Assembly (NCBI GenBank): GCA_964036045.1
Contig: OZ038378.1
Location: 5,828,001-5,892,000 of the forward strand
Length of the DNA stretch: 64,000 bases
Direction of reading: 5' to 3'
Source: Eutreptiella sp. 'Long Island Sound 2002'
Taxonomy: Eukaryota; Protista; Euglenida
Shown here piece by piece: positions 61,008 to 64,000 of the stretch. Position numbers and translations under genes: made by a program. The notes under the pieces were generated by a model. It was not told the origin of the DNA. It saw only the letters and a list, made by a program, of their open reading frames with translations, and searched no databases. Position 1 is the stretch's first letter. The number at the start of each line of letters is the position of its first letter.

Positions 61008-61460
61008 CACACACACACAAACACACACACACACACACTTTGTGAGGGAAACAAATGAACCAACGACCAGAGGCCCAGTGTGGATGATACAGAGCACAGC
61101 GGGGCAGGGTCACAGAGCAAATGCCTCCAAACACCTTGTCAGGCCAATCAAAACAAAGACAGAAACATTGTTCGAGGCTAGGCGCCGTTCTGCAGTAGAG
61201 CAATGTTGGTGCTGTCCCGCCTCGCATCAGTGGGAGATGAGGTCACCAGCATGCACGGTATTCCCTGTGATTTCCCTAAGGCATTCGGCCGGTTATACCC
61301 CCTGGGGCGTACTGCGTGCCAGGGTTGTGTATGCACCACGTGGACACATGCATGTGACGACAACACGTCACACCCTGAGGTGATGGCGTGACGGGGACCT
61401 AGTTGCGCTACGAATGTGCAGCACACACACACGCGCACACACACACGCGCGCGCGCGCGC
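61008..61460. repeat. (CA)n tract at 61008-61037 and (CA)n(CG)n tract at ~61421-61460
   Basis: Directly visible alternating purine-pyrimidine runs. Confidence 0.85.
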
Positions 61461-62052
61461 TGTGAGAGAGGTTTGTGAGAAAGACCAAGTGGTGCACACC
61501 CATTTGGGATACTAATACAAGCAAGGTGAAGTCATTATGCCTACCCCAATCTTCGCAATAATGGTAGTTTTCACCCCAGTGTCAGTCTTGAAACACACAC
61601 ACATGAGGAACAACAAAAACAAGAGCAAAGACCACAAGAAAAGCAGTTGGGGATTACTCCGCAGGACCTGTGTAGCAGCCCTAGACGTCTTTTGTCTGCC
61701 AAAGGATGAGTGCACACTATGAGCTGACCAATGTTCGGGTCATCATTGTTCAAATAAAGCACCCCTCCCAAACCCATGGTGAGGCTGAAGTCCGTATTGA
61801 TCGCGGAAGAGAGATGTGTATCAGTGCGGGCAAATGCACTACCGTAATACAGCCGCAAAGGACCTCAAGAGATAATATACCAGAGAGGGTAGATGAAACC
61901 ATGTGTACCAGGTCTGTGGTGTAGGCAGGTGGCTACTTGGTAGCTGGCACATTGTTGTCACGGAATTGAGCAATTGACAGCCAGGTGGCGCCACGTTGCC
62001 AAAACAGATAACCGCCTTCGGACACCGGGAGTGTTCCCCAATTCCGTAGACC

Positions 62053-64000
62053 GTGCACCCAATTGTTTGACACCCTAGAGTGTGTGCAGATCGACACTCT
62101 GGCCGGGAAAAGGGGCCCCCATAGGTATGTTGGTTTAGGCAGCTCTAGGGTTTGCCGGCTGCCTTGTTGCAAAGCAGCTCCAATCCCAACAAATGTGTCA
62201 AGGTATTATGACGAATGCAGAATATCTCGAAGTTTGCAATCCCTGCCCTGTCCAATTTTGAGGATTCAAAATGAAGAGACCATATCAGGGGTGACTGCCG
62301 CCACAGCTGTTTCTCTTTCAACCATTCGATGCAACCATTCGGTGGCCCAAGGAATGCTTTTAGCATATTTCGTGTGATGTTGTCAAACTCTTTTTTATAA
62401 TCCACCCCAGTCGGGCTGTGTGGTCCTTTCACAGTCACAAAGTTAAACGAACCTTTTTCTATGGGCTAGGCCATGACACATGACGCAAAAATGAAGCACT
62501 TCCCAAAAATGTGTCAAGCACAAGTACGGGCCGGGCCCTGATACATGACCCAAAAAAGGGTCACTCACCGTTCTGAGCGGGCTGTCACGCATGTCCAAAT
62601 ACTGCATCACGCACCGGTCTGGACGGGCCGTCACGCATATCCCTGAAATGCGTCCCACACCTATACGAGCCAGGCCGTGACACATGACCCGAAAAAAGTG
62701 TCACACACTAGGCTGGGCTGCGACCTGATGCATATCTCCAAAATGCGTCACGCACTGGTTTGAGCTGCGCCATGAGCCCTTTCCCAAAAATGTGTCACGT
62801 AAAAGTTTGGGCCAAGCCGTGATACACTTCCAAAAATGGCATGACACACGAGTTCGGGGTGGGCCGTCACACATTTCCGAAAAATGCCTCATGCACAAGT
62901 ATGGGCCGGGCCGTTACACATGACCCAAAAATGCGTCGGGCACCAGCATGGGCCGGGCCATCACACAACTTCCAAAAATGTGCCATGGGCCAAGCTGCAC
63001 CGGGCCATGAGACATGACCACAAAATGCGTCACATGCTAGGATGGGCCGGGCCATGACACATTTTACAAAAATGCGCCACATAAAACGCTAGGCAGGGCC
63101 GTGATGCTTTTTCCAAAAAAAAAAGTTGCCTCATGTACAAGTCTTGGCTGGGCCGTGAGGCATGTCTAGAAATTGCACCACGCACCAGTTTGGGCTGGGA
63201 TGTGACCCACCTTTCATGGTTGACCCCCCCGCCCGCCCTCCCCCAGCCCCTCCCCCTTCCCCACGACTACTTCTTTAGGCCTCCTACAACTCCTTCTATG
63301 CGAAGTGGGACCCCTTGGATGACCCCGAGTCCAGCCATATTACCACACACCCTTGCCTGGGCACGGTCTCCAGCTTCTGCGACGTCCAGGGCACCGCCAT
63401 TGTGGATGCCTTGGGTATTGCATGGTGTAATCTGCCCACTTTCAATGCCCCTGCCGTGTGGTTGCAGCTCACGGCGTGCAACGGGGCCTAACTCCACATG
63501 TCCTGCCTAGCTGCCCGGCTGCTCATTGACGGGGAGGCTCCGGAGCTCAACGTGGCAATCTATGGGCCCGTGCAGTGCCCCGGCGCAGCCTACCCTGCCC
63601 CATCGTGTGGCTTGACCGAGCCGACAGCCTCACCGCCCTCATCTCCGTTGCCAACACAGGCTCCACGGTCGATCATTGTGTGTGGGGCATTAGAGGGGAG
63701 GCTTGGGCGGACAGTTTGCACGGCGTCACAAACGTGATGTGCGTCGAGGGCTAGCCCCACTACACCAGCAATCTCACCTCCGCACAACCGCTGTTGGAGG
63801 GGCTACCGCTGTACAAGACGGTGTAATGCTGGGACCAGATCGTTGCTTTCACGGTGTTGAGTGCCGCCCCTAGGCTGAGGAGGTGTGCAGCAAGGCTCAC
63901 GCCCGTCAGGGGGTAGTTTGGGCACTTTCCCACGACGGTAGACGGTAGCAAGTCCCAGTGCCCTGGCTGCAGCCCCACCGCCACATATTACTCCACCAGC
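62053..64000. repeat. Second copy of the 43174-45456 cassette (LINE remnant, satellite, Ig-like pseudogene) with internal inversion
   Basis: 62053-63884 is colinear with 43174-45254; 63886-64000 is the reverse complement of 45342-45456. Confidence 0.93.

Noticed and set aside
60973-61227. N-terminal 85 aa of the 941-aa ORF
   Set aside because: It runs through a (GT)n tract (VCVCVC) and splice-acceptor-like sequence, so it is probably non-coding.

Overview
Eukaryotic, repeat-dense genomic DNA. It has GT-AG introns, no prokaryotic operons and no rRNA, tRNA or CRISPR. The repeat style recalls euglenid sequence, but that is an unverified impression. Most ORF-track entries are GC-rich shadow frames. 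Layout from left to right: (1) a nearly intact non-LTR retrotransposon on the minus strand (RRM-like ORF1 region, then Zn fingers, APE endonuclease, RT, RNase H), broken mainly by in-frame TAG codons. (2) It and other repeats lie inside the introns of a minus-strand S9-family (acylaminoacyl/dipeptidyl peptidase-like) gene. Four exons could be joined (21576 to 10625, 435 aa); the catalytic exons must lie left of the window. (3) Weak exon candidates at 25.6-26.8 kb and 32.6-33.1 kb among MITEs. (4) A decayed hAT transposase with PHD-like fingers. (5) A decayed DIRS-like RT/RNase H element. (6) A cassette (LINE remnant, ~47-bp satellite, Ig/FN3-like pseudogene) that is repeated 18.7 kb away with an internal inversion. 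(7) A ~3.9-copy tandem array with a ~2.54-kb unit whose copies differ by three distinct mobile-element insertions. (8) A long coiled-coil/low-complexity coding exon at 58402-60972.
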